Source of the DNA: Podarcis liolepis
Taxonomy: Eukaryota
Reading direction: 5' to 3' (one strand)
NCBI GenBank assembly: GCA_965112155.1
Contig: OZ218100.1
Length of the DNA: 64,000 nt
Made by a program: the position numbers and the translations under genes. Positions within the stretch are counted from its first letter, which is position 1, and each line of letters begins with the position of its first letter. Positions 1 through 12,700 of this stretch are shown here, piece after piece. Under the pieces are notes generated by a model, which was not told the origin of the DNA, did no database searches, and saw only the letters and a list, made by a program, of their open reading frames with translations.

Positions 1-7
1 ACCATAC

Positions 8-707
8 CTGGCACAAATGTCTAAATAGCTGCAGAGATTTGTGGTCCAGTTCTCCCTTGGACAGCACGTGGCAATGGAGAAACAACAAAGCATTCACCAG
101 CAGCTGCTCCTGGGTGAGGCATACCCTCTGCTCCCCATCAGCATCCTCAGAGGAGTATTTCAGAGACAGCCTCTTAAGGCCATGAAGGACGTCCAGAGCA
201 TTCACAGAGCACAAGGCATCCGCGTGGGAAAGGTAACAGGGGAAAGTGGCGCTGACGGAAGGAAACGACAGCAGAGAGGCAACCATAGAGCCAAGCTTGG
301 CTGGGCAGACAAAACTGCTGAACATCGTCCTATGGACTTCAGAAGCCACAAGCCTTAGGCCATGCTGCATCTGCAAAATGGCAGCTTGCAGTGGGACGAC
401 TGCATCAGGGAAGGCGGCATAGTCCTCTGCCAACCGTTTCCTGAACTGATGGTGCGACTGCTGCCAGGCTGCCTCTTCACTGAGGACGTTTTGCACCATC
501 TGGAGAGACTGAGACTTATCCAAATGGAGTAACTGCAGCAGGCGGGTCACGAGATCCTGGACTTTTGAAGTCTGGGCAATGCTGCTGACGTACTGATGAA
601 CTTCCTTGTACAATGACTCATACGAAGGAGCCTGTGGTCTATAGGCTTGCTTTTGGCTGAGGCTGGCAATCTGGTCCTTCAGCTTCTGGATTCTTTGGCA
701 TAACATC
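8..707 (-). CDS. MDN1: MDN1 exon 63 (700 nt)
   Basis: ctctcag|G ATG TTA TGC (MLCQRIQKLKDQ...FRHLCQ)|gtatgg. Confidence 0.93.
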
Positions 708-3700
708 CTGAGAGAGGATAAGTTGCAAAAGGTCAAAGGTCAGGGTCATCCAACGATTATTAGATGAAAGCCGCCTTCAAGAGCAGAACAAATTATTTTG
801 CTGCCATGATGAAATCTAAGTGCCACCCTGACTATTTATATATCTTCACTTTTCTTTGCCACGAGGAACTCAAGCAACTCTGTATAGGTCTAGGTACACT
901 GGACGAAAGCAAGCTTTTAAAATTGTGTCCAGGTGGATGGGGACCAAATGGCAAGAGCCACACACCTGTTCTTGCAATCCACCCACCCCTGCCTCAAATC
1001 ATTCATCACCCAAACGGCAAACTGAGAGTTAAGAAAACAAGAATCCTGTAGTTAAGTGCAACTACCCAAGGCTCTGTTACAAGCAGGGATTTGAACCCAC
1101 AGCTCACTGGACTATTGTGACCATTTACAATTACCCTTTCAAATTTGGGAACAGGAGGTAAACATTACAACATTCCAAAGCCACAGGGAATCTTGAAGTT
1201 ACCTAATGTGAGGGTGACTGTGATGGCTGATGGCTTCATCTTCCAGATCTTTCCCTGTGCGTAACTGAGTTGACAGATTGTGTGTCTTCCATTCACATTC
1301 TAGATGGTGCAGCTGAAGGCGTCAGACAAAAAACCATGCAAGTTTTATTCAAGATAAAACTCTGCCACCACTCCAATTGGGTGGAGGAGGAGCTATTATT
1401 GTGAACTGAGAATTTACAGATCCTTCTGTATGTTGTAAGTCTACAGCGAGGCTGTTAAGCCATGACAGGTAAATGGAACCTCAAAGTCTAGAAACAGTGA
1501 GTTGTCTCCAATGAAGTTGTCATGTTTGGACAAGGACTTATGCTTGCATAAATGAATTTGGCCCCCTCCCCACACACCCAAACCTGTTCTTGGCATTCCC
1601 AAAACCCTCTGGAGCAGATTGGGAAGGGGTATAGGGAGAAGGAGGGGAAGTCCTTGCACAAATGGGATGATTTTGTTGGATACACCACCACCCCAGTTAC
1701 CTCTGAATACCCATGACTAGTGACCATCATTGTCTAGGGAGCTGATCTCTAGCAATACACAGAAGGGCACAGATTCCTCACCTGTGCTCAATCTGTATAT
1801 CTGTGTATATCTTTATTCATCTTGTAGGATTTACATGACTATGCAGAGACTCATTTTCTGTTTTGAAAAATGAGTAAGATCTTGCACCTGCCCTGGTACT
1901 TGTAGTTATGCACCATGTTATCTGAATATTGGGGTGTTTTGTCTCATATGACATCAAATTTCCAATGCAATCTTATTACATTTGTTCATGTGGCTTGGTA
2001 TAGTTTAGCAGTCGTCTGAAGATTTGAAATGTCGGTGTAGCCTAAAAATCCCATTAGCCACAAGGCAAGGGAACCCAAGCCCTCACCTCTTCCTCTGCGT
2101 ACTTGAGCTTGTATTCTCTTTTCACCGCTGGATCATACTGGGTCTGTGGAAGCCACAGCTGGATCTGCAGGAGACCTAGGTTGACCCAGAGACTGCCTCG
2201 CCGAGCCGTTTCGGGCAAGTTCTGCAGTCCTCCTTCATGCCCAAAGAACTGCTGCAAGCAAGTCAGCCAAATGCAGACGATCTGCTCAGGCAATATTTCC
2301 CGGGCAGCAGCATCCCTGAGCACTTTGCAAATGTACTGAAACGCCGCTGGGCTCTTGGAGGAAACCTTATTGCAGTTCCGGAGATACTCCTCCTGCTGTT
2401 CTGCCGGAACCAGGCCTTTAAGAACTACGAGTTGCCTATGCAGCATGACACCTTGGAACCTGGAATCAGTAAACCTGAAAGAAGAGAGAGATGTTCCAAA
2501 TAAGGATGAAGAAGAGATCTGCAACTGGAAAGTCCCTAGAGCCTAATCAGGCTACTGGATAGGTATCCCCTAGGCCTCTGCTGCCAACATAGAGACAAGA
2601 GAACTATCTCTACAGTAGGGTGGGGAGTCCAGCCATCCGCCCACCACATCCTCAGGTGTGCTTCTCTTTTAAGACCAGCTGTTAACCAAAGGTACAAAGC
2701 ATCTATCTCTCCTGACCCCCCCCCCCGGCTTTGTTTCTTAATGCAGTACCTAAATTCAGCCATGGAAGAAAAGGGCAAGTTGGTCCACAGAACTGTGCTG
2801 ACTTCCTGAAGCTGCTGTGCTCTCTCCAGCCGCTCTCCCAGTGTGACATTGGAGGTGGACAGGACAGGAAGGCCGGTCACATCCCACTGGCTCCACTTGC
2901 TGCTGCTAGTTAGAATTTCAGAGAGGCACTTGGAGAAAACTGCTCGACTCAAAATACCCACACCCTAAATTAATAAAGATCAAAATATATGTTTATAGCA
3001 TTGATAAAGGTTTCCACATTTTATTTTATTTTTAAAAAGGGCAGGTCACAGACTTGGAAATGTCAGACCCTTTTAGAGAACATGTTACCAAAAAAACAAC
3101 AACAACATCATTGTAACATTGGAACCCACTGAAAGTCACTGAAATTTAAGTAGTGCATCAGGATGGGTGGATGCAAAACAGGATTTCCAAACCAACATCC
3201 CAGCCGTATTTAAAATACCGTGCATAAGCACTAAACTAATCCCTACCTTCAGCAATAAGGTAATCCCAAAATCTGTAATTTTGCTAAATATATTTCCTAA
3301 TGACGTTTATTTAAAAGACACTTCCCCATCTTGTAATGCAGGGTTTGTGCTCTACAGTCGGAGAAAAACCTGTCACCCCACCCCCGGCATTCTGATAATC
3401 AAAATATTTGATAGGGAGAGGTAAATCTAGCCTCATCTCAACTGTGTTCCTTTATCTCCTGCACTGTCTCCAATCAATGACTTTCATTGACCACTACAGA
3501 AAAATGCAAACAAAAGTGAACATACTGACAGGAACTTTGCTAATTTTGCACAAGTCGTTCAAATATGAAATGTCCAGCTGGATTTTTGGACAGGGCATAG
3601 AAAATGGGTTTAGTTTTTTGTTCAAGTTGTCAGGCTCCTTTTCAAGCTTTGTTTAGAAAGCAAATCCAAGTTCCCCTGAATTTAGCATCAGTTGTATGGA

Positions 3701-6700
3701 AGAATTATCCAGATTGCAGCTTGTCACAAACATCTCCTGCTTAACGGGCAGCTCAAAAGCACTTTAGGAGCATTAACGCTTTATTTTATATTAATGCTGT
3801 ATTTTAAACCCTCATAAACTATAAATAGCAGAGCCTTCCTTGGGATCAGTTCTAGTAGCTAATTCATACTCCAAGCAATGGGAGTGAATACCTTCAATCC
3901 TCTGAATGAATAGTGAACCCATTCTCTGTGTGACATCAAAATGGCACCATTCATTCACCAAAAAGAACTATTAGAAAGTTTGTACGAAACTCGGTATCTG
4001 TACAAGTACACTCCACCCACCCACCACCCAAAAAAGATCTCCAGAAAAAATTGTAACAGGGAAAACTGAGTGAAGACTGAGCATGCTCAGTGGGCAGAGA
4101 GGGCTCACAATTAGGAGAGGGGAAAAAATAAATGAGGTGACAGAATGGAATAACTTAAAAGAAAGCATGGCTGGCTGGAATTGTGAACAGGAGAACTTGG
4201 CAGTGCATCATTTTGTTGAAGGTCCTACACTATTCTGTAAAATAGTTTATCATATAATAAGTTCCTGCCCTGACAATAGAGTCTCACCCTAACCCTTTAA
4301 AAAATGCAAGTTTCCTCACACAAACCTGAACAGAACAGTCCATGAGAGATTTTGGCATCTTCTTCTCTTCCACAGACAGCGGCTGCCAGGTCAACCAGCG
4401 CTCTGGATTTGTAGTAACGACACTGCTCCAAAACGCTACTAAAGCAGCATTCACCAGTTCTGACCACACGAGAGAAATTTCTTCTGCAGAGACCTAAAAG
4501 CGCAGGACGAAAGTGCAGAAGACTTAAAGAGGCTGTTAATGTTTGCCTCCGCTTTTTAAGCATTCTAATGGATGTGAGCACATGTTTTACTTTTCAGGGA
4601 CTAACCACATCAGCTAGAATTTTCCTTAGCTTTGTTATTAAGGACAGGAAGCATTTCTTGCATCAGATATGAAAAGTAAGGTTCTCCCTTGGTCCTAAGA
4701 GAGAACTTAAGACAGAAAACACCACCACATTGTTCAACTAGTTATAGCTAAGGACCTACTGCAGCATTCTCTGGGCAAGCAATAAATGGGAAGGAATAGA
4801 GGAAATTGAGCCAGATGCACTGGGAATAGTTCACCAAAAGTGATGCAGCCTACATAGGAGCAAGCAAATAGCATGGGGGGAATGGAGAAAGGAGTGCCAT
4901 AAGAACTTATAGCAGTACAAAGAGTTTAACAATGAATCAAGCAGAAGGAAAGAACTTTCCCACTCCTAAAACTTTGCAAGCAACCACAAGATGCTAGCTG
5001 ATTCTTGAAGATGGTTTCTAGCACACTGGACAACTGAAACCAGAGATGCTCACCAGGTAGCAAGGTTAAGGAAACAAAGTAAGGGGTGCAAGAGAGGAGA
5101 AATGTTGGCTCCTTAATCCACAGTGGATGCTTTTTAGAGTCATCTTACCTACTTTCAATTTTCCCGTTGTTTAGTTCTTGCTAAACACACAGTTTATTCA
5201 AAAATAAATACGGGAAGTCAATCAAGGACTTCTGTTTGAATGCCAGGAAGTTAGTTTGTCATTCCCCCCACCGACCCCCATCTAGCTGCTACTTTTATTA
5301 AGTAACAGTTAAATTTATGTCGATTTGATTTTTTTAATTCTTTACATAAAAAGTACCCAGGTGTTTGTCACTGATAATGAGAATGTGCAGAGCACTATAA
5401 TACAACCCCTTTTGAGGTCATATTACATTTTCCCTTGTTTCGTATGTTGAAGGTCTCTGTCCTGGATTGGAGAATACAGTGCCAGGTGAATACAGAAAAG
5501 AAAAATGAAAAGGGAAGGGGAGTTTTCTGAATTTAACACTTGTTCTTACCTTTTGCGAGTCTAACAAGTAATAAAGGCCTTGAAACTGTTGTGAGGTAGA
5601 TGGTGTAAACTTAAGGCAGAAAGCAATAAATTGCCTTATTTCTGAACATAGGCTTGATTGTTGACTGCTACCATTCCTGAGAAAAGAAGAGTAATGGCTT
5701 TTGATTGATAGTTTGTATACACACCAAGGTACAAAAATAATGAAAGGGGAAAGACGCAACACATCAATTAGAAATTAAAGGAAAGTCCCACATTCAAAAT
5801 CACCCTGGTCCTATTCAGAAATGTTCAGAATGTCTCATAATCCTTTTGAGACATAAATGCTGAAATTCTCCCCAATTCAAAGTTACTTGCATTTCTGTCA
5901 GCAGAATTGAGGTTTAAAAATATCTTGAGACATTCTAGCTCAGAGGGTGCGTTCATGAATTTGCTACCTGACAGAGCCATGGAAAACCACAAGATAAAAA
6001 GACTACAAAAGCTTAAGGAAGGGAAAGGCTGGATAATCGACCTTACATGAATCCCAGAAACTTTTTGCTCCATCACAAAAAACTTGCCCTCACCTTTGCA
6101 AGGAAGCCTCAGCTATACAATCAGTGGTTAGCTTGTACTGCCAAAGCACAGCTAGATACTCCATTGCAGGCCACAGTTGCACCTTATTGCAGAGCTGAGT
6201 TATCAAACTAGAATCCACCTGTTTGCCTTCAGCAGGCTTTTCTTTGAGAGGCTCAAGCAAGACACCTCCTTCCCTCAGCTTTGACTGCTGGAGATTCACC
6301 AGAGCCCATAACTCATCTGAAAGAAATAAAGAATAGAAATAGCCTGCAACTAAAATCTTGTACCAAAATAAGATTTAAGGCAAAAACAAACTCACTCATC
6401 AGCACAAAATATAACAGAGGGGAAAAATACAAACCTGGAAATATGAATTTTATCCGAATTTTTATGTTCATTTGCAGGAAACACGGAAGCTTACTATATG
6501 AACATGAAAATACATATTTGAAGTAACCTGTAGTACAAAATTATGAGGTGTTCTTCACTTCACCTGACCGCAAATAAATCATTTACCTGAAATGGCATCC
6601 TTCAAATTATTGGCTCTGAGAACTAGGCCTTGAGCCTGGAGCAATGCAGTCTTGATTTTCCAATCTGTGGCGGCCACTTTCAGAATACAGACCTCCTTCT

Positions 6701-9700
6701 GCCATTCGCCATCTCCAATAGCGGGCCTCAGCTCCTGGACATTAAGTGCTTTGGAAATTTTCCGCAACTGAACAGACGCATCCACTACTCCTACATCCTG
6801 AATAAGTTGAATAAAAATAAAAATGGCAACTCCCAACTCAATAGATTGAACACTATTTTGTTTTGTTTTACTAAAACGCATAATAAGACCACTTATGCTG
6901 ACCTCTTCTGTAAAGAATGAAGGGGTGCATATAATTTATATGCACGCAAGCAGCAGTCAACCGTTTAGGCAATTGTGCCAAAGTCCAAAGCATGAGAATG
7001 CCCCACACTAAGGGTGCACACTTTGGTATGTATGCAGTACTCTGTCTAAGAGAGTGGGTACTTTTGCCTCCAGTTAGCAGAAGCAGTGCTGCAGGACAGG
7101 ACAAGCAGGCTCAACGGTTTGCTTCAATTCCTAAGCCAGGCCCCATTGGTCTTACAGCTTCTGCGCAAGCATGCTCCAAAAAAATCTGCTGCCTGAGCAT
7201 TTGTACAGCTGTGCAGGTATATTCAAAAGTGATATACTGTACTAGGAACTGCTATCTAGGAACACAGAAAACAAGTCAGCTGATTGGTCCATCTACCCAA
7301 GTACTGTGTGCACTGAATGGCAGTAAGCTCTCTGGGTTTTCAGGCAGGAATCTGAAGATTGATCTTGAGAACTTCTGTGCACAAGGCATGCATTCTGGGG
7401 AAACCCAGCCAGATGGGCGGGGTATAAATAATAAATTATGATGAGGATGATGATGACACTTAACTATGGCTCTCGCTGTATGGTGTTTAGTAAGTCTGGT
7501 CTAACTTTTCTTGAAAGGAGAGTATTTAATATATTTCTAAATCCATACACTCACTTGATCATCTTCTTAAATATCTATAAGTAGTTCTGTAACTCTGAGA
7601 CACGAGTTCCTTAAATAATTCTAGATGGGTAGGGTAGCAGTGTAATACAACAGTTTTTCTAAAATGTATTACCAAAGAGAAACCTCCATAGAAGTCAACA
7701 GTATTCAGTTACATATAAATACATTGCACCTTGAATGGAAGAGGTCTTCCCCAAAACTTCTGCAGCTTCTTAACACTAGCAGAAACACCAGCAGGATTGG
7801 CTAGGCAAGCCTGGATTTGTTGTGAGGCAGACTGAATATCCTTGGGCAGCCTTAAAATAAGAGAAGGAATAATTGTTTCTACAGAAAACTAAGAAAAGTT
7901 AAGATTGGTCATCAAACCATGAATGCAGCCTGGATATACAGCAACCTATGAAACCTCATTCCCCCAGTCCAGAGCTTTCCAAACTGTGTGCCATGACACG
8001 TCAGTGTGTCAGCTGCAGTGTGTAGCTGTGTCACGCAAACACTCCGCGCACTCCTCCTAGGGCTGGAAAGGGGTTAGTTTAACCTCAGGTTTGCTAATAA
8101 AACTGAATTATGGATGGTACATAGCCATCTTGACATGATTGCCTACAGGGAACACTAAGAATATCTCTGTGCAGGGACTTTATACCTGCTAATCCCAGCC
8201 ATTCCAACATATATAGGAAACATAATAATTAAACCTTAAAAAGCTTCCCTATAGAAGGCTGCCTTCAGATTTAATGCATTGGTGTACAAGCTAAAGACAA
8301 CATACTTCTGCTGCTCATATGTGCTCAGCAACTTAGCTGTCCTGCTGATTAAATGTTTCACAACCCAGTGCCAGTGAAGAGACAGGAGTGCCAAGCCAGA
8401 GGAATCCACAGCAACCATGTCCGATATCGTCCAAAACCTGTCACGCCACAATAAGCAGTGCAGTATCTAGAGGCAAGCCAGAGAAAAAAATAATGAGTCT
8501 TCCATTCCATGATGCACACGGGAATGCTTTTTCAGGTGGAGAATATTGTTCTTTTATCATTAGGAAATGGCACATGTCTTAAATCTAAAAGGGCCTTGTT
8601 TGAGCAGAAAGACACCTTCATTCCTGAGACTTTATGCCTGAGACGGAAAAGGTGCAAGTCTAGGATAACACAAGCTGCTAGGCAAAAATGGCACCTTCCA
8701 ACCTTTGGTGTCTCAGGAGGGTAACCTCTTGCACTTCACCCACTGAGCTATGAGCCTGAAGTAGACTCCCTGTGGTCCTTGCTCAGAGGATCTCTTAAGG
8801 CAGCTTCCATGACCCATCCAGGCTGTGCTCCAGAAAACAGTATCTTTCTGGAAACAGATTTCTCTGATCTAACATCCTAAATTAGACCAGAAAAACAGAA
8901 AGCTGGAGCACTGCAGTTCTTGCAATTTAGCTTATCCTTTGGCATGAAGATGATTAGCTTTCCATTTCTGCAATCATTCATGGATCCTTGGCTTTGTTCT
9001 GGCATGTACATATCTTTACAGGGGCACACGATTTCCCTACAGTTCAAACTAGACAAAACATTTATCTGTTTTAGATGAGCTCTTATTCCTAAATCAGAGG
9101 AATCTCTTGAATGTGACTAACCACTTTGCCCGATCCTCCAAGCAACTGGAAAAGACAGGTGGATTTCATGTCCTCTTCCCAGTTTTCCACTTTCAAACAA
9201 AATGGTATGACAAAAATAGAGACCGTAACACAGGGAAAGTAAGTGGACAGCTCCTAAAGTCCAAGCAATGGGTGACCCCAGATGTTTGTATGGTCTACTT
9301 ACTTCATACATTTTTTCATCAGACACAGACCCTTGAGTAGACTTCACCCAGTTCAGCACGAAGGCATCCCAAAGTTCAAAAAAGCCTGCGAGGTTCACCA
9401 CAACAGCATGCGGCAGTGAGCTGTGGCTGCCGGGATCTTCATTTCAAGAATAAAATTAAACCAAAAGACAATGCAGAAAATTAAACCAAAAGAAAATGCA
9501 GAACTGTATCCAAGCACCACGCTACAAAAACAACATCAGTGATTCGTTTAAGTAATTTTTAAATGGAAACACAATAGATACCTTTATGGAACTCCAGTGA
9601 CATCCTCAAAGCACTAGTTCTTGGCTTTTTGGTATTAATCAGGCTCCTTTCAACGTAGCTCTTTTTCTCACGGTCCAGAAACAGTATTGCCCTGTAATTA

Positions 9701-12700
9701 CAACACAACAAACCCACATGGATATCATTAAGTTATTATGTCAAGAGTATATCAAAATCCTGTTAAGAGAAAGCCAACAGCCCACAAATTGAATCACGTT
9801 GGGACTATTTAACATGTACATAATGCAGAGAAAACATTAGACACTACAAAATACTAATGTGAAATGGATCCTGAATAGATAATTTACAATCTGCATTAGA
9901 CAAACAAAACAGGAGGAAAGAATTCTGACTACGGCAGTGGGTAATGGCAGAAGATGCATGAATATTCTGAATGATTTATGTAAAAATGAGTTTCCTTGTG
10001 AAATAAAGGTTTTGATGTAACTGTACGCTTAGATTTTGGATTATCAGTGAGCATAAGGGTACCCAACTTTTTCTAGATTGTACATTACACCAGCCTTCAT
10101 CAACCTGGTGCCCTTGAGATGTTTTGGACTACAACTCCTATCAGTCCCAGCACAGCATAGCTATGGCTGATGGGAACTGTAGTCCAAAATTTCTTAAGGG
10201 TTAGCGAAAGCTGCCTTACAACTTGCCTTCCAAAAGAAAACATAGCCAGGGATTGGTTGGTTTTTTTTAGCAGTTTGGGGGGGATTGGAATCTGTGGCAA
10301 TTATAGACTATCGGCCAACTTAAAAAGGGAAAGACATTATTATAGAAAGTGGAAATGACAAACTTTTCTAATCAAAATAACAGAAAGAAGGTGGATACCA
10401 ATTGGTCCTCCACATGTTGCTGGAACTACGACACCCATTATGCCTGGCCATCGGCCATGATGGCTGGAGCATATGGGGAGAGTTGGGAGACCAAAAACAC
10501 CTGAAGGGCCACAGGGTTTCCCCATCCCAGATATAGCCCACATGTGATGAACTCACCGATTTGAAAGTGATTGCAGCAGGATAAGCAGCTGATCCGAGTG
10601 TTCTTCTGCTTCAAAATCCACTGAATTGCTAATGATATCCAAACACTGCATGTTCCATCTGGGATCCATAGGAATCACATGCTCATCTGTTTTGATAGAT
10701 GAACAACAAGGAAAACTCACGTTTGTTTTCATCATAAACATTTTCCAACTCCCTCAATCCAAGAAATAGAGCGAGCAATATGCACCAGCATGAACATGAT
10801 GCAAGACATCTAACACATGTTTACAACGTAAAGGAGAGATTTGTTTAAATGGGAACGAACGTGGGGTAGGTTCCAATATGCAATTTATTGCGTCCTATTT
10901 TATGCACAGTAGCATTTTCTAAGCCCAATGAAAGTTTTTTTTTAAAAAAACCAAACAAGGCCACTCAGTTCTGTTGCAAGCTACGTTTCACTCTCCATAA
11001 CCTCATCAATATCACAAATCAATCTTCACTGTATCAAAAACATAGGAAGAGAATACACACTCACAGCCAAGAGAGAAATAAGACATCTTACCAGTCATAT
11101 TTGGTTGCAGCAACTTTATTACATTACTGATTGCACCTGAGAGGGGACTGAAGTAAAAATTATTCAGAGATGCTGCACCGGCTTCCAGCTGAGTATACAC
11201 TGAATCTGTAGAAAGAAGACAACCTGTGAATTCATGCCTTTCTAAGCTTATTATTTTTATTTATATGCTGGTAAGAATTCTTACTCGCCCTTCATCGTCA
11301 GTGCAGGTTGCAGCAATATACTGCACAATGATGAAAACAGAGCCATTACAATTATAAAACGAGTGAAACGAAACAGAACAGTGTAATTTCAATTAAACGT
11401 GCTAGGTCCCACGAATCAAAACACCTGGACTGCCAAAGGATTCCGCTGCGATCCAATCCCAAAGCCCCTTCCACCCCAAGCATAAGGACCAAGAACTCCT
11501 GTGCATATATGGGGGGGGGCTACTTCCTATTAGCTGCAGCTCCTTACACATCAGGTGACGCGCTGAAAGTCCAGCAACCTGAATGAGTGGGGTATTCATG
11601 GGGCAGCTGTGAGAAGAAAGCCAACCCCTGCGGAGAACGCAGTCAATTAATCAAGATAAAGCTGAATTGGTATCGACATATGAAATCAGTTGTGAGCTAG
11701 GGAAACCCAGCCAGATGGGTATGGTTATTATTATCAGAGGCCAAGAAGAAGCTGCAGGCCACAGAGCCAAGAAATTCCAGTTTTGGGGTTGAGAGTCTAA
11801 TCAATTTTATTTTATTTTTTTGGCCATGAGACACTATTTCCTTTCACTCACTACTCTGGTGACGCTGTGTTTTTGACTTCCTCCATCTCTCTACATTTAC
11901 TTACAAAACTCAAGCATAGGATCGTGCTGCATGATTCTTTTCCACCACCACAAACATTCAGATTAGTCTTGCTTAAGCAGCAAGAGTCAACACTTACCAG
12001 GCACTTGTGGCAAATTCTTTTTTAACTGATTAAGCCACCCAACTCTCAACGTCCAGTCTTGATTCGTTGCTTTCTCTATGAATAACTTAACGGCTGCAGA
12101 AAGAACCTCCATGCCGTCTGCCCAAGAGGCACTAGCTTCCACTGCACCAAATTTGAGGCAATCTGGATTAGGAGAGTGCAGGATTTTCTCAAAGTCATGT
12201 ATAGTGAGAGGCAGCGTCCTGAAACGAGAGGTCATTGTAAGAAGATCATACCTATGCAAAGAACAAACCATCTATACAATTTCCAAAGGCCTAGAGGAGA
12301 TTTAACCTCTAAACATGTTAGAAGTAACCATGGTGTGCTGCCTTAACTCTGAGTAAAATCCCAGCTGGACACTGAAACCATGCTTTCAAACTATTGCCGC
12401 GTCCAGAATTGACGCTTTACAGTATTCCATTTTTCCAACATGCGCTATTAAAAAATGTGGTAACACCCACATGTTATGTGATCTTTCACATGATGTAAGA
12501 CATATCTGGAAATCTGTGGGACCTAATGGAAGTTCAATGCTCATTTCCATGTTAACAGCTTCCAGAAAAACAACGGCAACTGTGCACCACCCCATTAACC
12601 TGGAATATCTCAGTAGTTTTGAGCTGTAATTTCCCTGCCGTTTTCATGTGATGAAGTCTAGGAGAGTAGGTAGTCCATCATACAGTTCCCCTCCCCCCAA

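Noticed and set aside
41-358. Plus-strand 105-aa ORF (and similar plus-strand ORFs at 2103-2546, 12078-12305, 28582-28815)
   Set aside because: Antisense shadows of MDN1 exons. The real frame is on the minus strand; exon 63 is likely missing from the ORF track because its frame has no stop inside the window.
3500-3740. Coding-looking minus-strand stretch (..KLEKEPDNLNKKLNPF..) in MDN1 intron 59
   Set aside because: Stops in all frames after the best acceptor, no recognisable homology, and the flanking exons join in frame without it.
6992-7441. 149-aa plus-strand ORF
   Set aside because: Intronic and antisense, no recognisable domain, and it ends inside a LINE tail.
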